Origin: Escherichia phage vB_EcoS_AKFV33
Sequence record: NC_017969.1
DNA length: 64,000 bases
Strand: one strand, 5' to 3'
The notes under the pieces were generated by a model. That model searched no databases. It was not told the DNA's origin and worked only from the letters and a program-made list of their open reading frames with translations. Within the stretch, counting starts at the first letter, position 1, and each line of letters opens with the position of its first letter. This document shows positions 1 through 10,070 of this stretch, one piece after another. The translations under genes were made by a program, and so were the position numbers.

Positions 1-828
1 AGGATGGTGTTTGTAACCACGAACAGTAAAATCATCCTTACTTACCCAGGTCAATACATCCTCCAGAGTTCGGATATTTGGATTGATTTCTAGAGTAGGA
101 TGTGCAAAAGGTTCACGATCGAATTGCTTATGCTCCATCAAAACATTATACTGATCCTCATAGATATGAAGATTGATAATCTTCTGGCGTGCAATTCCTG
201 GTTTAAGGCCTGTAATCTGTGCCATTAATGCTAGAAGCGTATAGCACTGAACCATGTTAAATACTTGGCCTAACAGGAAGTCATTAGATCTCTGAAAAGA
301 GTTCAGGTATAATGTATCTCCCAAAATAGAGAACTGATGAGTGTGCATACATGGACGTAAGCAACCTTTCGAGAACTCTCCAGGATTCCAGAAGGTTAGA
401 ATTTCCCCACGATCATCAATGCCCTTCTTCAGGTTATGATAAATCTTGGCTAGTTGGTCAAACATAAGACCATCGGAATTAGTCCACTGACGTCCTTGAA
501 CACCATAGACTCGTCCCATATCATCCTCACCTTTGCGATATGGATTGTCTAGCCAAGCTAAGTTTTCATTTGCATTAGCATTCCATGTGTTAACACCAAT
601 AGCGCGGAATTGTGCTGCTGAATCATACCCACGCAGATACCCAATCATTTCCATTATTGCTTGTTTTGCAAACGCCTTACGAGTAGTAATAAGGGGGAAT
701 TCCCCTGCACCTACGTTAAAAGTAAAGTCTGCGTCAATAATGGTGAGGCAACGAACCCCCGTTCTAGGATTCGTTACCCACTGACCCTCTGATAGAATAT
801 GTTTTCCAACTTCGATATACTGATCCAT
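1..828 (-). CDS. thyA: thymidylate synthase (3' end cut by window edge)
   Basis: Minus-strand translation starts [11 protein letters not shown] at 826-828 and contains FPLITTRK and [10 protein letters not shown] blocks typical of ThyA; the reading frame runs off position 1; start overlaps the upstream stop (TAATG). Confidence 0.85.
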   Translation of the reverse strand, partial: MDQYIEVGKHILSEGQWVTNPRTGVRCLTIIDADFTFNVGAGEFPLITTRKAFAKQAIMEMIGYLRGYDSAAQFRAIGVNTWNANANENLAWLDNPYRKGEDDMGRVYGVQGRQWTNSDGLMFDQLAKIYHNLKKGIDDRGEILTFWNPGEFSKGCLRPCMHTHQFSILGDTLYLNSFQRSNDFLLGQVFNMVQCYTLLALMAQITGLKPGIARQKIINLHIYEDQYNVLMEHKQFDREPFAHPTLEINPNIRTLEDVLTWVSKDDFTVRGYKHHP

Positions 829-1361
829 TAATAGGTAACCAATTCCTGTACAAATCGCAGGCTGTTATCACTGTTTGCGCCAGTTGCGTAAACTAAACGA
901 GTAGATTCATAGTTGTAATCTAGAATCGTATTATCCAGATGTACATCTGCCTCTAGTTTTTGATCACTAAAGATTGTGGATACGAAAGCACTTTCAATAT
1001 GACCATGAATATACATTTCGTACAGTAATGTTGCGCCACCTAAAACCACTGTCTGTTGATCTTTTAAGAATGTAGGCAATGTATCCCCAATCTTAGAAAT
1101 TGGAATGTAAATATCATGCGTAATATCGTCTGGCAGTGGACGATCAGCACGAATAAATAGATCAGAAGCCCCAATCATACGTTCCCTAACGGCGTATGGA
1201 AGAGCTAAATAAGTACCAGCACCAATGATGATGTTATCTGGATTCAACACGTCCAGTTGAGAATAGAAAGCATCTAGTTCTTCTTTGAAGGAACCCCATG
1301 GAAGTTTACCGTGGAGGCCGAACTCCCCATTCGGCCCAACTGCATACATTGCTGTAATCAT
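828..1361 (-). CDS. dihydrofolate reductase
   Basis: 177 aa; N-terminal GxxGxLPW-type motif ([11 protein letters not shown]); sits between thyA and nrdB as in T4/T5-type nucleotide metabolism clusters. Confidence 0.8.
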   Translation of the reverse strand: MITAMYAVGPNGEFGLHGKLPWGSFKEELDAFYSQLDVLNPDNIIIGAGTYLALPYAVRERMIGASDLFIRADRPLPDDITHDIYIPISKIGDTLPTFLKDQQTVVLGGATLLYEMYIHGHIESAFVSTIFSDQKLEADVHLDNTILDYNYESTRLVYATGANSDNSLRFVQELVTY

Positions 1362-2503
1362 AAGAAATCTCCAAATTCATTACCCAGATCTTTCAGAGTA
1401 TCAGTAGAGGTTTCGGTGACTTGACCTACACGATATGCTGCACCAATCTGGATTTCTTGTGGAGCAGGCTGTAAAGAAGTGGTATCCAACCAGTTCATGA
1501 TCCACGGAATAGGGTTTTTGGTGATTACTGGTAAATGACTAGGCCATTCTACACCGATGTGCATAAATGCATTACGTCCCACAAAATACAGATATTCTTC
1601 TAGAAGTTCTGCATTTAAACCAATCAGACTACGACCTTTGAAAATGAAATGACCCCATTCAATTTCAGTTTTCAGAGTTTTCAGAAGCTGTGCGGGTGCT
1701 TTAGCCAATGCTTCATCCACCAGATCTTTGTCAAACTGCTGGAACATAATCTGGATGATTGCTTTAGACATCTGAGTGTGTAGAGCTTCATCTTTAGCGA
1801 TTAGTTGTAGGTTTTTAGCAATACCTTGCAGAATATCGTTCTCTGCTAATGCAAAGGTACATGCAAAGGATGCGTAAAACTGCATTGCTTCCAGACCGTA
1901 GATTGCAAAGTAAGCGTCTAATAGCTTAGCCTGAGTTTCACGTTTAACTTCAGGGAACTCAGTTTCTGGATACGTATTGTCGCCACGATGATCGCGTACT
2001 GCGATGAAATACTGACCTAACTGATATAGCTCATCAAATAGCTCAACAGAATCAGCGATGCGTGCGAATGCTTCCTGGTTTTTGGTTACAGAATCAATAA
2101 ATTCTGCTGGATCAGTCAGCACATTACGAATAATATTGCTATAAGCACGACTATGCAGATCTTCAAAATAGCTCCACTGCTTGAGCATACCTTCCAATTC
2201 TGGGCGACTTACAAGTGGCATAATAGCTGCTTCAGGGGCACGACTGATAAAGGAGTCAGTTTGAGTTTGCCATGCTAAGTTCAGGAGTGTAATTTCCTGA
2301 ATTTCACGCGGGAGATTACCCCACTGCTTTTTATCAGCTTCAAGACTAATTTCAGTTTCAGTCCAGAACTGGGAACGCTGCAACAGAGCTAATCGCTCTA
2401 GTTCGGGGTGTGCCACACGCACATAATCTGCGATACCCAAAGAATCACCTAGGAAAAGATCAGCGTTAGTATGGTCCCATTCTAAGTTAAGTAAAGTAGT
2501 CAT
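1358..2503 (-). CDS. nrdB: ribonucleotide reductase class Ia small subunit
   Basis: 381 aa; diiron-site-like KDEALH block; stop overlaps the DHFR start (ATGA). Confidence 0.88.
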   Translation of the reverse strand: MTTLLNLEWDHTNADLFLGDSLGIADYVRVAHPELERLALLQRSQFWTETEISLEADKKQWGNLPREIQEITLLNLAWQTQTDSFISRAPEAAIMPLVSRPELEGMLKQWSYFEDLHSRAYSNIIRNVLTDPAEFIDSVTKNQEAFARIADSVELFDELYQLGQYFIAVRDHRGDNTYPETEFPEVKRETQAKLLDAYFAIYGLEAMQFYASFACTFALAENDILQGIAKNLQLIAKDEALHTQMSKAIIQIMFQQFDKDLVDEALAKAPAQLLKTLKTEIEWGHFIFKGRSLIGLNAELLEEYLYFVGRNAFMHIGVEWPSHLPVITKNPIPWIMNWLDTTSLQPAPQEIQIGAAYRVGQVTETSTDTLKDLGNEFGDFL

Positions 2504-2997
2504 TTAGCTTCTCCGTTGTTTGCAAAGTCCCCATGAAGTTCTAGTAGTTTGATGTCTCTCCATTCTATAGCTTCTTCTAGGGTTTTAAAAGTTTTTGTGT
2601 AAGATTTGCCGTCTTTGCCTATCCTAACCTGAAATGAAGTGCCTTTTACACGAATATTTTTCATTCCAAGCTGGTTATCCGCTCTTGCACACGAGTTCAT
2701 AGAATTTTGAGAACTCGTGGCTTCACGGAGATTATCCCAGGCACAGTTGGACGGATTAGTATCTTTATGGTCGATTTTTCCTTCTGGTATTTCTCCAGTC
2801 ATATACAAGAAGGCTAGGCGATGAGCTAAATATTGAACTCCTTCAACTTTTATACGAAGATACCCTAATTTATCGTAGGTTCCTGCTTTAGCGTTCCATA
2901 AATGCTTTGCTAAAGTTTTTCTTGGGAGCCAGGTAAATTCGCCAGTTTCAGGGTCATAGGAGATTAGCTCTTTTAATCTACTCTGTGTTAATTTCAT
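2500..2997 (-). CDS. HNH homing endonuclease (free-standing)
   Basis: 165 aa; HKDTNPSNCAWDNLREAT block fits the HNH_3 motif; inserted between nrdB and nrdA; AGA/AGG/ATA-rich codon usage unlike its neighbours. Confidence 0.75.
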   Translation of the reverse strand: MKLTQSRLKELISYDPETGEFTWLPRKTLAKHLWNAKAGTYDKLGYLRIKVEGVQYLAHRLAFLYMTGEIPEGKIDHKDTNPSNCAWDNLREATSSQNSMNSCARADNQLGMKNIRVKGTSFQVRIGKDGKSYTKTFKTLEEAIEWRDIKLLELHGDFANNGEAK

Positions 2998-3078
2998 ATA
3001 GATATTATAGCAAATCTGGTAGCGATTAGCAAGTAAAATTTCAAAGAAAAAGGAGACCCGAAGATCTCCTTGTTTTTA

Positions 3079-5409
3079 TTAAATAGTACAACCACCGGAT
3101 GCACAACCGGCTGCTTCTTCTCCAGCACCTCCACCATTTGCGGTATTGAAGTTAGCGTAATACCAAGTTTTCCACCCATACTTAACAGCAGTCATGAAAT
3201 CACGAACTACTACTGGGCCAGGAATGATTTCATTCTCAAACTTGGTGTAGTCATAGTACATATTCGTACTGATAGACTGACTGAAGAATTTCTGCATAGT
3301 TGCTACCCATTTGATCCACTCGATACGATCTACATCATAAGCCAGTTTATAGCTCATTAACGTTTCCCAATCGGTTGCACCTGGAGCAATTGCAATTACT
3401 TTATTTACTGCACTACCTTTAATAGATACAATCTTACGAGGCGGTTCGATAGAGTTAGTAACTCCTAGCAGAACAGAAGAACTTTCTCCTGGCATCTGAG
3501 CAGTCAGAACAGAGTTACGCATACCATATTTCAGAATATCTGCACGCAGAGACTCCCAATCCATTTCTAGACCTACGGATACCAGTTCATCAACAGTTTT
3601 CTTGTACGTGTCGATTACCAGAATTCCTTTAGATGGTTTAGTGCGATCAAACCACTCGCATGCACCCTGTTCTTTAGCTAGGCGTACAGAGGCTTTATGC
3701 AGGAAGTAAGACAGTTTTTCAGCCTCACGGTGAATCCAGTTACGGGCTTCAATACCTTCATAAGCCAGACCTTCTGCTGCCATTGCACCTGCTGCGTTCA
3801 TTAGTCCAATACCAACATTACGACGTTTCTTAGCCGTATATTCCATAGTTGGGAACGGATAATCCTGAATTTCAATAATTGTATCAACGAATTTCAGAAG
3901 GATGTAGCAAGTTTTTTCCCACTCAGCCAGAGATTCCATGCGCCCAAGTACAACACCACCTAAGTTACACAGAGATACTTCACCAATATCCTCCGGCTTC
4001 ATTTGATCAAGCTGCTCTTTTGTCTTATACAGCTCTGTGATATGATGGAACGGGCGTGTAGGCTGAGTAATTTCAACACAAAGGTTTGTCATACGGATCG
4101 GATCAAGGAAGTTACCGTGACGATTAGATTCCCCGATGTGATGAGCATACATACGTCCTGTTTCCATTCGGATACGTAGCCAAGTATCTAGGATTTCTTT
4201 TGCAGAGACTTTAGGAGCTGCAGGAACTGTTTTTCCTTCGTGGTCGATCTTTGTAAGAGATGCCACACGTTTCTCCGCTGCCACGTAGATTTCTTCAAAT
4301 TTAGCCTCGTCATCACTATAAAACGCTTCATGAACTTCTGGAGCATAGAAGTATGACATTAGCGTAATATCTTCGTTTTTAAGATAACGTTTTAACAAAA
4401 GATTGTTAAAGCTCAGAGAATAATCCATCTTATCGATTTTATTCTCATCTGTAGCACGTTGTTGCTTAACCTGCATCAATTGAATGATTTCAGGGTCGAA
4501 GTATGGATAAGACACTGTAGCAGAACCACCACGAGTTTGCTGAGTATTGGCCTTTACTGAGCGGTCAATGTGTCGATAATATGGTAGTTTTCCGGAATGC
4601 GGGAATGCCCCATTTCGCACCGGATCAGCAATTGATCGGCTTTCAAGATGATACCCGATTCCCGCTCTGGCTGCGACCATTTTGAAGACGATGTGCTCGG
4701 CGGTGTCGATTGAATCCAACGTGTCAGTGGAATCCACGAGGCAGCAACTAGCAAATCCACGGTCACTAGAGCGCAGACCAACCAGTGGCGGCGTAGGAAC
4801 GTTGATTTTGTGGAGTGACATTGCGTTGTAGAGGTCGATTGCATCTAGAATTGTCCAGTTAGGTTGAGATAACATCGCCATTGCCATACCCATGTAGGCA
4901 AACTGCGGAGTTTCATAAATTTCACCAGTGGCTATGTTACGACGGGAATACTTATCAAAGAACTGCTTCAGTCCACCACTAGTAAAAAGACGGTCACGAT
5001 CATGGTCGATAACCTGATTCAGAGCTTCAAATTGCTCATCGGTAATCCATGCACTCATGTCTTCCCATGCACCTACGCTAACCATGTGGTCATGGAAGAA
5101 GCGCAGAGAAGGCGGTTCGAAGGAATCATAAAGGCGTTTACGCATTTGCGCAAGACGTAATTCCTTTGCTGGCACATCATATGCTGGATTATCTTTAATA
5201 AGACTTTCAGCAGCTTTAATTAATGCATCCATCAGAGTGTCGGAATCTACAACCCCTTTAGGCAGAGTTTTTTGAGCAGCCATAGTAATGGCTGACCAAC
5301 TTACATCAACTGTTTTGCAACCATACTCTGCCCAACCATTTAGTTTTTCAGGAGCAAAGTCTTCTACAGTACCGTCACGTTTAATTACTTTTTCAATGCG
5401 ATGGCTCAT
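3079..5409 (-). CDS. nrdA: ribonucleotide reductase class Ia large subunit
   Basis: N-terminal ATP-cone-like segment (VIKRDGTVEDF), active-site NLCVEI block, C-terminal Cys pair (CASGGCTI). Start placed at ATG 5407-5409, which has an AAGGAAA Shine-Dalgarno; the track ORF extends upstream to 5514 without one. Confidence 0.9.
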   Translation of the reverse strand: MSHRIEKVIKRDGTVEDFAPEKLNGWAEYGCKTVDVSWSAITMAAQKTLPKGVVDSDTLMDALIKAAESLIKDNPAYDVPAKELRLAQMRKRLYDSFEPPSLRFFHDHMVSVGAWEDMSAWITDEQFEALNQVIDHDRDRLFTSGGLKQFFDKYSRRNIATGEIYETPQFAYMGMAMAMLSQPNWTILDAIDLYNAMSLHKINVPTPPLVGLRSSDRGFASCCLVDSTDTLDSIDTAEHIVFKMVAARAGIGYHLESRSIADPVRNGAFPHSGKLPYYRHIDRSVKANTQQTRGGSATVSYPYFDPEIIQLMQVKQQRATDENKIDKMDYSLSFNNLLLKRYLKNEDITLMSYFYAPEVHEAFYSDDEAKFEEIYVAAEKRVASLTKIDHEGKTVPAAPKVSAKEILDTWLRIRMETGRMYAHHIGESNRHGNFLDPIRMTNLCVEITQPTRPFHHITELYKTKEQLDQMKPEDIGEVSLCNLGGVVLGRMESLAEWEKTCYILLKFVDTIIEIQDYPFPTMEYTAKKRRNVGIGLMNAAGAMAAEGLAYEGIEARNWIHREAEKLSYFLHKASVRLAKEQGACEWFDRTKPSKGILVIDTYKKTVDELVSVGLEMDWESLRADILKYGMRNSVLTAQMPGESSSVLLGVTNSIEPPRKIVSIKGSAVNKVIAIAPGATDWETLMSYKLAYDVDRIEWIKWVATMQKFFSQSISTNMYYDYTKFENEIIPGPVVVRDFMTAVKYGWKTWYYANFNTANGGGAGEEAAGCASGGCTI

Positions 5410-5551
5410 TTGGCTTTCCTTTTTATAGTTATCAGGATTTAAGGAATATTCTACTTTATTATCGGTCATTAGGCAAATAAAATTTTCTGATAGAAAAGGC
5501 CCGAGTATTTTCATACCCAGGCCCTGTATATTACCAGTCTAGCTTTTTAGC

Positions 5552-5773
5552 TTATTCAATTACTTTAGCTCTAGCTACTTCTTTTAATAGAATATCTATG
5601 GAGGTGCTCAGCTCGTTATAATTGAATGGTTTATTTGGATTTGAGGTTACAATTTTCCACGCTAGGGTTGTCTTAGGACTTTCTTCCCCTTCCTTACGTG
5701 TAATCATATTAGCAGCACTCAGTGAAGTACGATGTATTTTAGTTTTACGGCTCAGATGAACGACGTTTCCCAT
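5552..5773 (-). CDS. hypothetical small basic protein
   Basis: 73 aa from the internal Met (MGNVVHLSRK) that follows the phoH stop in a TAATATG arrangement; no recognisable motif. Confidence 0.35.
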   Translation of the reverse strand: MGNVVHLSRKTKIHRTSLSAANMITRKEGEESPKTTLAWKIVTSNPNKPFNYNELSTSIDILLKEVARAKVIE

Positions 5774-5774
5774 A

Positions 5775-6536
5775 TTACACCTTCCCCATGTCTTTAAAGA
5801 TGTCATAGAATGCTTTAGACTCAACAGAACGAACGTTATCAATCAATTCGATCATTGAGAATGGGGCATTTTCGTATTTCTCATAGACTTCCATAAGGAG
5901 TGCTAGACCTGAGTCACCTTTAATGTCTTTCTGAGCTATATCTCCGCAGATAATTAAACGGCAGTCTTGTCCTACACGAGTTAGAAGACAAATCATTGCC
6001 TCAACGGAAATATTCTGAGCTTCATCGACAATTACATAGGAGTTGTTGAAAGTTCTGCCACGAGCATGTTCGACAGCCAAAAATTTAATTTTCTGACGTT
6101 CGACATATCCCTTATAGGCATGATCGCCGATGGCCCATTTCATACCATCAGCTATTGGCTCCAACCAAGGCTCTAGCTTTTCTGCTAGATCACCAGGAAG
6201 CATACCAAGAGACTTACCTAGAGGTTCATTAGGACGTACGAGGATAACTTGCTCAATATCTGAGTGAATGTCTACGAGTTCCTGAGCTGCAAGAACGGAC
6301 GGAATAAAGGTTTTACCAGTACCTGGCTCACCGATACCCACAGTCACTGTGTTGTTCTTGATCATATTGATATATGATTTTTGCTCGCGGTTTTTACCTA
6401 CTAGGGATTTAGCAACTGGGTTAGCGTAATCATTAGAAAAATCAGCCTGAATTACGTTATTCTCATACTTGTTGCCACGCTTTCTTGAACCATTGCGGTT
6501 CTCTCTTTTTTGACGTGCTTTTCCCATAAATAACAC
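5775..6536 (-). CDS. phoH: PhoH-like ATPase
   Basis: 253 aa; Walker A GEPGTGKTF and Walker B-like VIVDEAQN; GGAG Shine-Dalgarno before the start. Confidence 0.85.
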   Translation of the reverse strand: MLFMGKARQKRENRNGSRKRGNKYENNVIQADFSNDYANPVAKSLVGKNREQKSYINMIKNNTVTVGIGEPGTGKTFIPSVLAAQELVDIHSDIEQVILVRPNEPLGKSLGMLPGDLAEKLEPWLEPIADGMKWAIGDHAYKGYVERQKIKFLAVEHARGRTFNNSYVIVDEAQNISVEAMICLLTRVGQDCRLIICGDIAQKDIKGDSGLALLMEVYEKYENAPFSMIELIDNVRSVESKAFYDIFKDMGKV

Positions 6537-6600
6537 TCCTATAGTGTACTTCGCTAACAGAGGATCAACAAAAAGATCTTGTTTATCAACTTACAAATAT

Positions 6601-6629
6601 ATTATACCAATATATACAGTAAAAAGCAA
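6601..6629 (-). promoter_or_regulatory. sigma70-type promoter for the minus-strand phoH/nrdA unit
   Basis: Reverse complement gives TTGCTT, 17 nt spacer, TATAAT, about 60 nt upstream of phoH. Confidence 0.6.
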
Positions 6630-6829
6630 CTACAATTTTAAATAAGCCTATGATATTGCATTTAAATAAAAAATTTGCTTGCTTTTAACGTGAGATGTGT
6701 GATACTAGATAATCATTTTATATCGCGTACACGAGTGCGTGATTATACAATCTTTAATAGAAATTGGCAAATAAAATTTTTTCAAAAATTGATTAAAGTC
6801 AAGTTATTTAAGAATGCTAAAAAATTTTA

Positions 6830-6858
6830 TTGACATAGTGGTATTTTTATATTATACT
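6830..6858 (+). promoter_or_regulatory. sigma70 promoter (TTGACA-17-TATACT)
   Basis: Consensus -35 and near-consensus -10 with 17 nt spacing, followed by an AGGAG Shine-Dalgarno and the ATG at 6882. Confidence 0.75.
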
Positions 6859-6881
6859 ATGTACTAAATAGGAGAAATAAA

Positions 6882-7550
6882 ATGCCAAAGAAATTGAGTA
6901 CGGAAGAAGTCAATAATAGACTTTTAGATAGAGGAATTGTCTTAGTTGGGGAGTATATAAATGCTAATACTAAGGCTAGTTTTAGATGTTCAGTGGGGCA
7001 TGTATGGGAAACAAAACCATCAGTGTTACTTAACATGGGATTTGGATGTCCATATTGCAGTGGGAAAGCTAAACTAACTCCTGAAGTAATAAACCAGGAA
7101 TTAAGTAATAAAGGAATACAAATAGTAGGCAAATATGTAAATAATAGAACTCCGACCCTTTTTAGGTGTGAAAATGGCCATGAGTGGAATACTACTATTA
7201 ATGCAGTGAAAAATTTAGACAGTAATTGCCCGATATGTAAAAAAGAAGGCAGGTCTAAAACAAAACTATATGTTATGTATAGTGAATCTTTAGGTACTAA
7301 GATTGGTATCTCTAATAAACCGGGAACTAGATTAGGAAAAATTAGCAGAAATGCTAATATACCAGATCTTAAATTATTTAAAGTATTTGATATCTTAGAT
7401 TATACTAAGTGCCGTAAAATTGAGAAAGCAGCACATGAGCATTTTAAAGAATGGAACTGCTATTATAAGGATTTTGATGGTGCTACAGAGTTTTTTGATA
7501 TTGAACCAGATACAGCAGTAAAATTTATTGAGGAAAATATTAATGACTGA
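6882..7550 (+). CDS. T5orf172-domain protein (GIY-YIG-like endonuclease candidate) with two N-terminal zinc-ribbon-like modules
   Basis: 222 aa; two tandem modules of the form GEYxN..TK..F.C..GH.W...CP.C, then a C-terminal TK(I/V)GIS...TEFF region resembling the T5orf172 domain; AT-rich rare-codon usage; paralog of 58536..59210. Confidence 0.7.
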   Translation: MPKKLSTEEVNNRLLDRGIVLVGEYINANTKASFRCSVGHVWETKPSVLLNMGFGCPYCSGKAKLTPEVINQELSNKGIQIVGKYVNNRTPTLFRCENGHEWNTTINAVKNLDSNCPICKKEGRSKTKLYVMYSESLGTKIGISNKPGTRLGKISRNANIPDLKLFKVFDILDYTKCRKIEKAAHEHFKEWNCYYKDFDGATEFFDIEPDTAVKFIEENIND

Positions 7551-9390
7551 AGCTGAATTATTCGATAATATCTATGGTATTACAGATGGCTTTGCAGACT
7601 CTACCCTAAAGCATAATAATGCTAATAAACCCTCTGAGCGTTTTCCTACTCAGCGGGATATGATTGCAGGTGAACTAAGTAAATTTTTAACCTTGCAAGA
7701 AATGCCCGTACAGATCAGGACAGCACACTCAATCGGAGATATTCATTTCCATGACTTGGATTATTCCCTTTTGGGCATGACTAACTGTTGTCTAGTAGCT
7801 CTGGAAGATATGCTAAAAAATGGTATGAAGGTTGGTAATGCTGAAATTAGCACTCCAAACTCTATCACTACTGCGGCGGCTATTACTGCTCAGATTATCA
7901 CTCAGGTTAGCTCCCATCAGTATGGTGGTACTTCTGTAGATCGCCTTGATGAAGTATTAGCCCCTTATGTTCGTAAATCCTATGACAAAAATCATGCGTT
8001 TGCAAAACGTTGGACTAAGGATGAAGCCAAAGCATCAGTAATGGCTACGGAGATGACTGAAAAAGAAGTCTATGACGCTTGTCAGGGTTTAGAATATGAA
8101 ATCAATACCATGTTCAACTCTAATGGTCAGAGTCCATTTATTACCTTTGGTTTTGGTCTAGGAACTTCCTGGGAAGCACGTCTAGTACAGAAAGCAGTAC
8201 TGAAAGTACGCATGGATGGTTTAGGTATCAATAAACGTACAGCTATCTTCCCGAAACTGGTATTTGTACTTCGCGATGGCGTAAATATGAAACCAGGAGA
8301 TGTTAATTATGACATCAAGAAGTTAGCTATGAAATGTACTGCTGAACGTATGTATCCAGATTATATCAGCTATGACAAGGTTGTAGAAGTTACTGGAGAC
8401 TATAAAGTTTCTATGGGCTGCCGTTCATTCCTAGCTGCTGCAGAAGATGGTGAAACTGCTGGCCGTAATAACTTAGGTGTTGTTTCTGTAAACTTGCCTA
8501 GAATTGCTATCGAAGCTGAAGGAAATATTGATCTATTCTTTGATTTGCTTGAGCTACGTGTGGATACAGCGTTAAAAGCATTGGAGTGGAGAGTTGATCG
8601 CTTAAAATACATCCAAGCTAAAGCTGCACCCATCCTCTATATGTCAGGAGCCTTTGGGTTACGCTTGGAGCCTGATGAATATGTATTCGATCATTTCTAT
8701 AACCGTGCTTCTGTATCTCTAGGGTATATTGGTTGCCATGAAATGCTACAGTTCATGTTCGGCAAAGATGTAGACACAATGTCAGAGACCTGCATCAAGT
8801 TTGTTCAGCGTGTATTGCAGTACATGCGAGATAGAGTCGATCAGAAGAAGGAAGAGACTAAGTTAGGTTATAGCCTGTATGCTACACCGTCAGAGTCCCT
8901 ATGTGATAGGTTTTGCCGTTTAGACCGTGAATATTTCCCAGAGCATGAAGATATTCTGTCTAAAGGATACTACACTAACTCGCACCACCTTGATGTAGAG
9001 CGTAAAGTTGCTCCTAACGTGAAATTTGATTATGAATCTAACTTTACGCCTATTGCTTCTGGTGGGTGCATTTCCTATGTAGAACTACCGGATATGAAAC
9101 GATTCCCAGATGCACTGGAATGGGTTATTAATTATGCTGCTAGTAAGGTTCATTACTTCGGTATTAATACCCCAGTGGATTCTTGTGGTAAATGTGGATT
9201 CTTAGGTGAAACAATAGCATCCGAAGATGGATTCAAGTGCCCTATCTGTGGTAATCATGACCCCGAAACTCTTGAAGTAACTCGTCGAGTTTGTGGGTAT
9301 CTTGGAAATCCAGGTGCTCGTCCGTTTAACCCAGGAAAACAACATGAGGTTATGGGCAGGGTGAAACATCAGGATATTCGAGCTAAGTAA
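7543..9390 (+). CDS. nrdD: anaerobic ribonucleoside-triphosphate reductase
   Basis: C-terminal glycyl-radical motif RVCGYLG preceded by a Cys zinc ribbon (CGKCGF...CPICG); start placed at ATG 7543 with a GAGGA Shine-Dalgarno (the track begins at TTG 7528). Confidence 0.9.
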   Translation: MTEAELFDNIYGITDGFADSTLKHNNANKPSERFPTQRDMIAGELSKFLTLQEMPVQIRTAHSIGDIHFHDLDYSLLGMTNCCLVALEDMLKNGMKVGNAEISTPNSITTAAAITAQIITQVSSHQYGGTSVDRLDEVLAPYVRKSYDKNHAFAKRWTKDEAKASVMATEMTEKEVYDACQGLEYEINTMFNSNGQSPFITFGFGLGTSWEARLVQKAVLKVRMDGLGINKRTAIFPKLVFVLRDGVNMKPGDVNYDIKKLAMKCTAERMYPDYISYDKVVEVTGDYKVSMGCRSFLAAAEDGETAGRNNLGVVSVNLPRIAIEAEGNIDLFFDLLELRVDTALKALEWRVDRLKYIQAKAAPILYMSGAFGLRLEPDEYVFDHFYNRASVSLGYIGCHEMLQFMFGKDVDTMSETCIKFVQRVLQYMRDRVDQKKEETKLGYSLYATPSESLCDRFCRLDREYFPEHEDILSKGYYTNSHHLDVERKVAPNVKFDYESNFTPIASGGCISYVELPDMKRFPDALEWVINYAASKVHYFGINTPVDSCGKCGFLGETIASEDGFKCPICGNHDPETLEVTRRVCGYLGNPGARPFNPGKQHEVMGRVKHQDIRAK

Positions 9391-9397
9391 GCTAATC

Positions 9398-9430
9398 AGC
9401 CGGGTTGCTAGTCGACCTGGCTTTTATTTT
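9398..9430 (+). terminator. rho-independent terminator after nrdD
   Basis: AGCCGGGT / ACCTGGCT stem (one G-U pair) followed by a T-rich run. Confidence 0.55.
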
Positions 9431-9432
9431 AT

Positions 9433-9461
9433 TTGCTTTCAGCCAAAAATTTATATATAAT
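9433..9461 (+). promoter_or_regulatory. T5-type early promoter (TTGCTT-17-TATAAT)
   Basis: Exact -10 consensus with 17 nt spacing, then the conserved leader AGATTTATAAATTTGAGGAGG shared by the other promoters of this family. Confidence 0.8.
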
Positions 9462-9490
9462 AGATTTATAAATTTGAGGAGGTAGGAATT

Positions 9491-9871
9491 ATGACTTTAA
9501 AACCGTATATAGTGGAGTCTACGTGTGGCAGTTTCCACCTGGGTGTGGATGATATTGCTGAGGCTGTCTTTGCTGCCACAGGTGATTACTCTCATATAGG
9601 GGGTGCTGGGTACCCCACCGTTATTGGCGATTGGGTGGAAACAAATCTAGATGTGTCGCCTTATAACCCGTATTGCTTGTTTGATGAAGACAGAGATGAG
9701 GTAAAGTGTAATCTTGAATTTGTGTATAATAGAGTATTAAAAGTATACCAACGTAGTCCCGAGGGGTACGAAGATATTACTTGTAGTATTAAACAGTATC
9801 TTAAAGATGTATACTCTAGTTTTTCTGACGAAGGCCTAGAAACAGTTGCAGTGGAGTTTAATAATGACTAA
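9491..9871 (+). CDS. hypothetical protein
   Basis: 126 aa; first gene after the promoter; no CxxxCxxC radical-SAM motif, so not an NrdG activase. Confidence 0.5.
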   Translation: MTLKPYIVESTCGSFHLGVDDIAEAVFAATGDYSHIGGAGYPTVIGDWVETNLDVSPYNPYCLFDEDRDEVKCNLEFVYNRVLKVYQRSPEGYEDITCSIKQYLKDVYSSFSDEGLETVAVEFNND

Positions 9872-10070
9872 GAATGTGAAACACCTTAAATATCGCTTAA
9901 TCTATAACGGACGTATGGAAACAGAAGATCTGGCCCAATTAGCTATTAATTCTAATGAGGTTATGGTGCGTGCGCTAGCAATTGAAAAGTTGCGTGCTTC
10001 TTATGAAAATCATGTTATGGAACTAGAGGAGAAACTGTATGGACTTCTTGAATCAGAGTCTAAAAAGTAA
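9864..10070 (+). CDS. hypothetical protein
   Basis: 68 aa from ATG 9864 with a GGAG Shine-Dalgarno; overlaps the upstream stop. Confidence 0.45.
   Translation: MTKNVKHLKYRLIYNGRMETEDLAQLAINSNEVMVRALAIEKLRASYENHVMELEEKLYGLLESESKK

Noticed and set aside
2994-3360. Small ORFs (61 and 96 aa) overlapping the 3' end of nrdA
   Set aside because: They overlap the conserved C-terminal coding region of nrdA; no ribosome-binding sites.
4554-4844. 96 aa ORF antisense within nrdA
   Set aside because: Lies entirely inside a well-supported gene on the same strand but in another frame; no ribosome-binding site; composition looks like frame noise.
5410-5514. Longer nrdA start at 5514 given by the ORF track
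   Set aside because: The N-terminal 35 aa extension has no Shine-Dalgarno, whereas the internal ATG at 5409 has AAGGAAA and begins directly with the ATP-cone.
8400-8633. 77 aa ORF antisense to nrdD
   Set aside because: Embedded in a conserved coding region on the opposite strand; no start signals.
1358-9390. Group I intron or intein in the RNR, thyA or polymerase genes
   Set aside because: All these genes read as continuous ORFs of expected length with motifs in the expected order; the endonuclease genes are free-standing.
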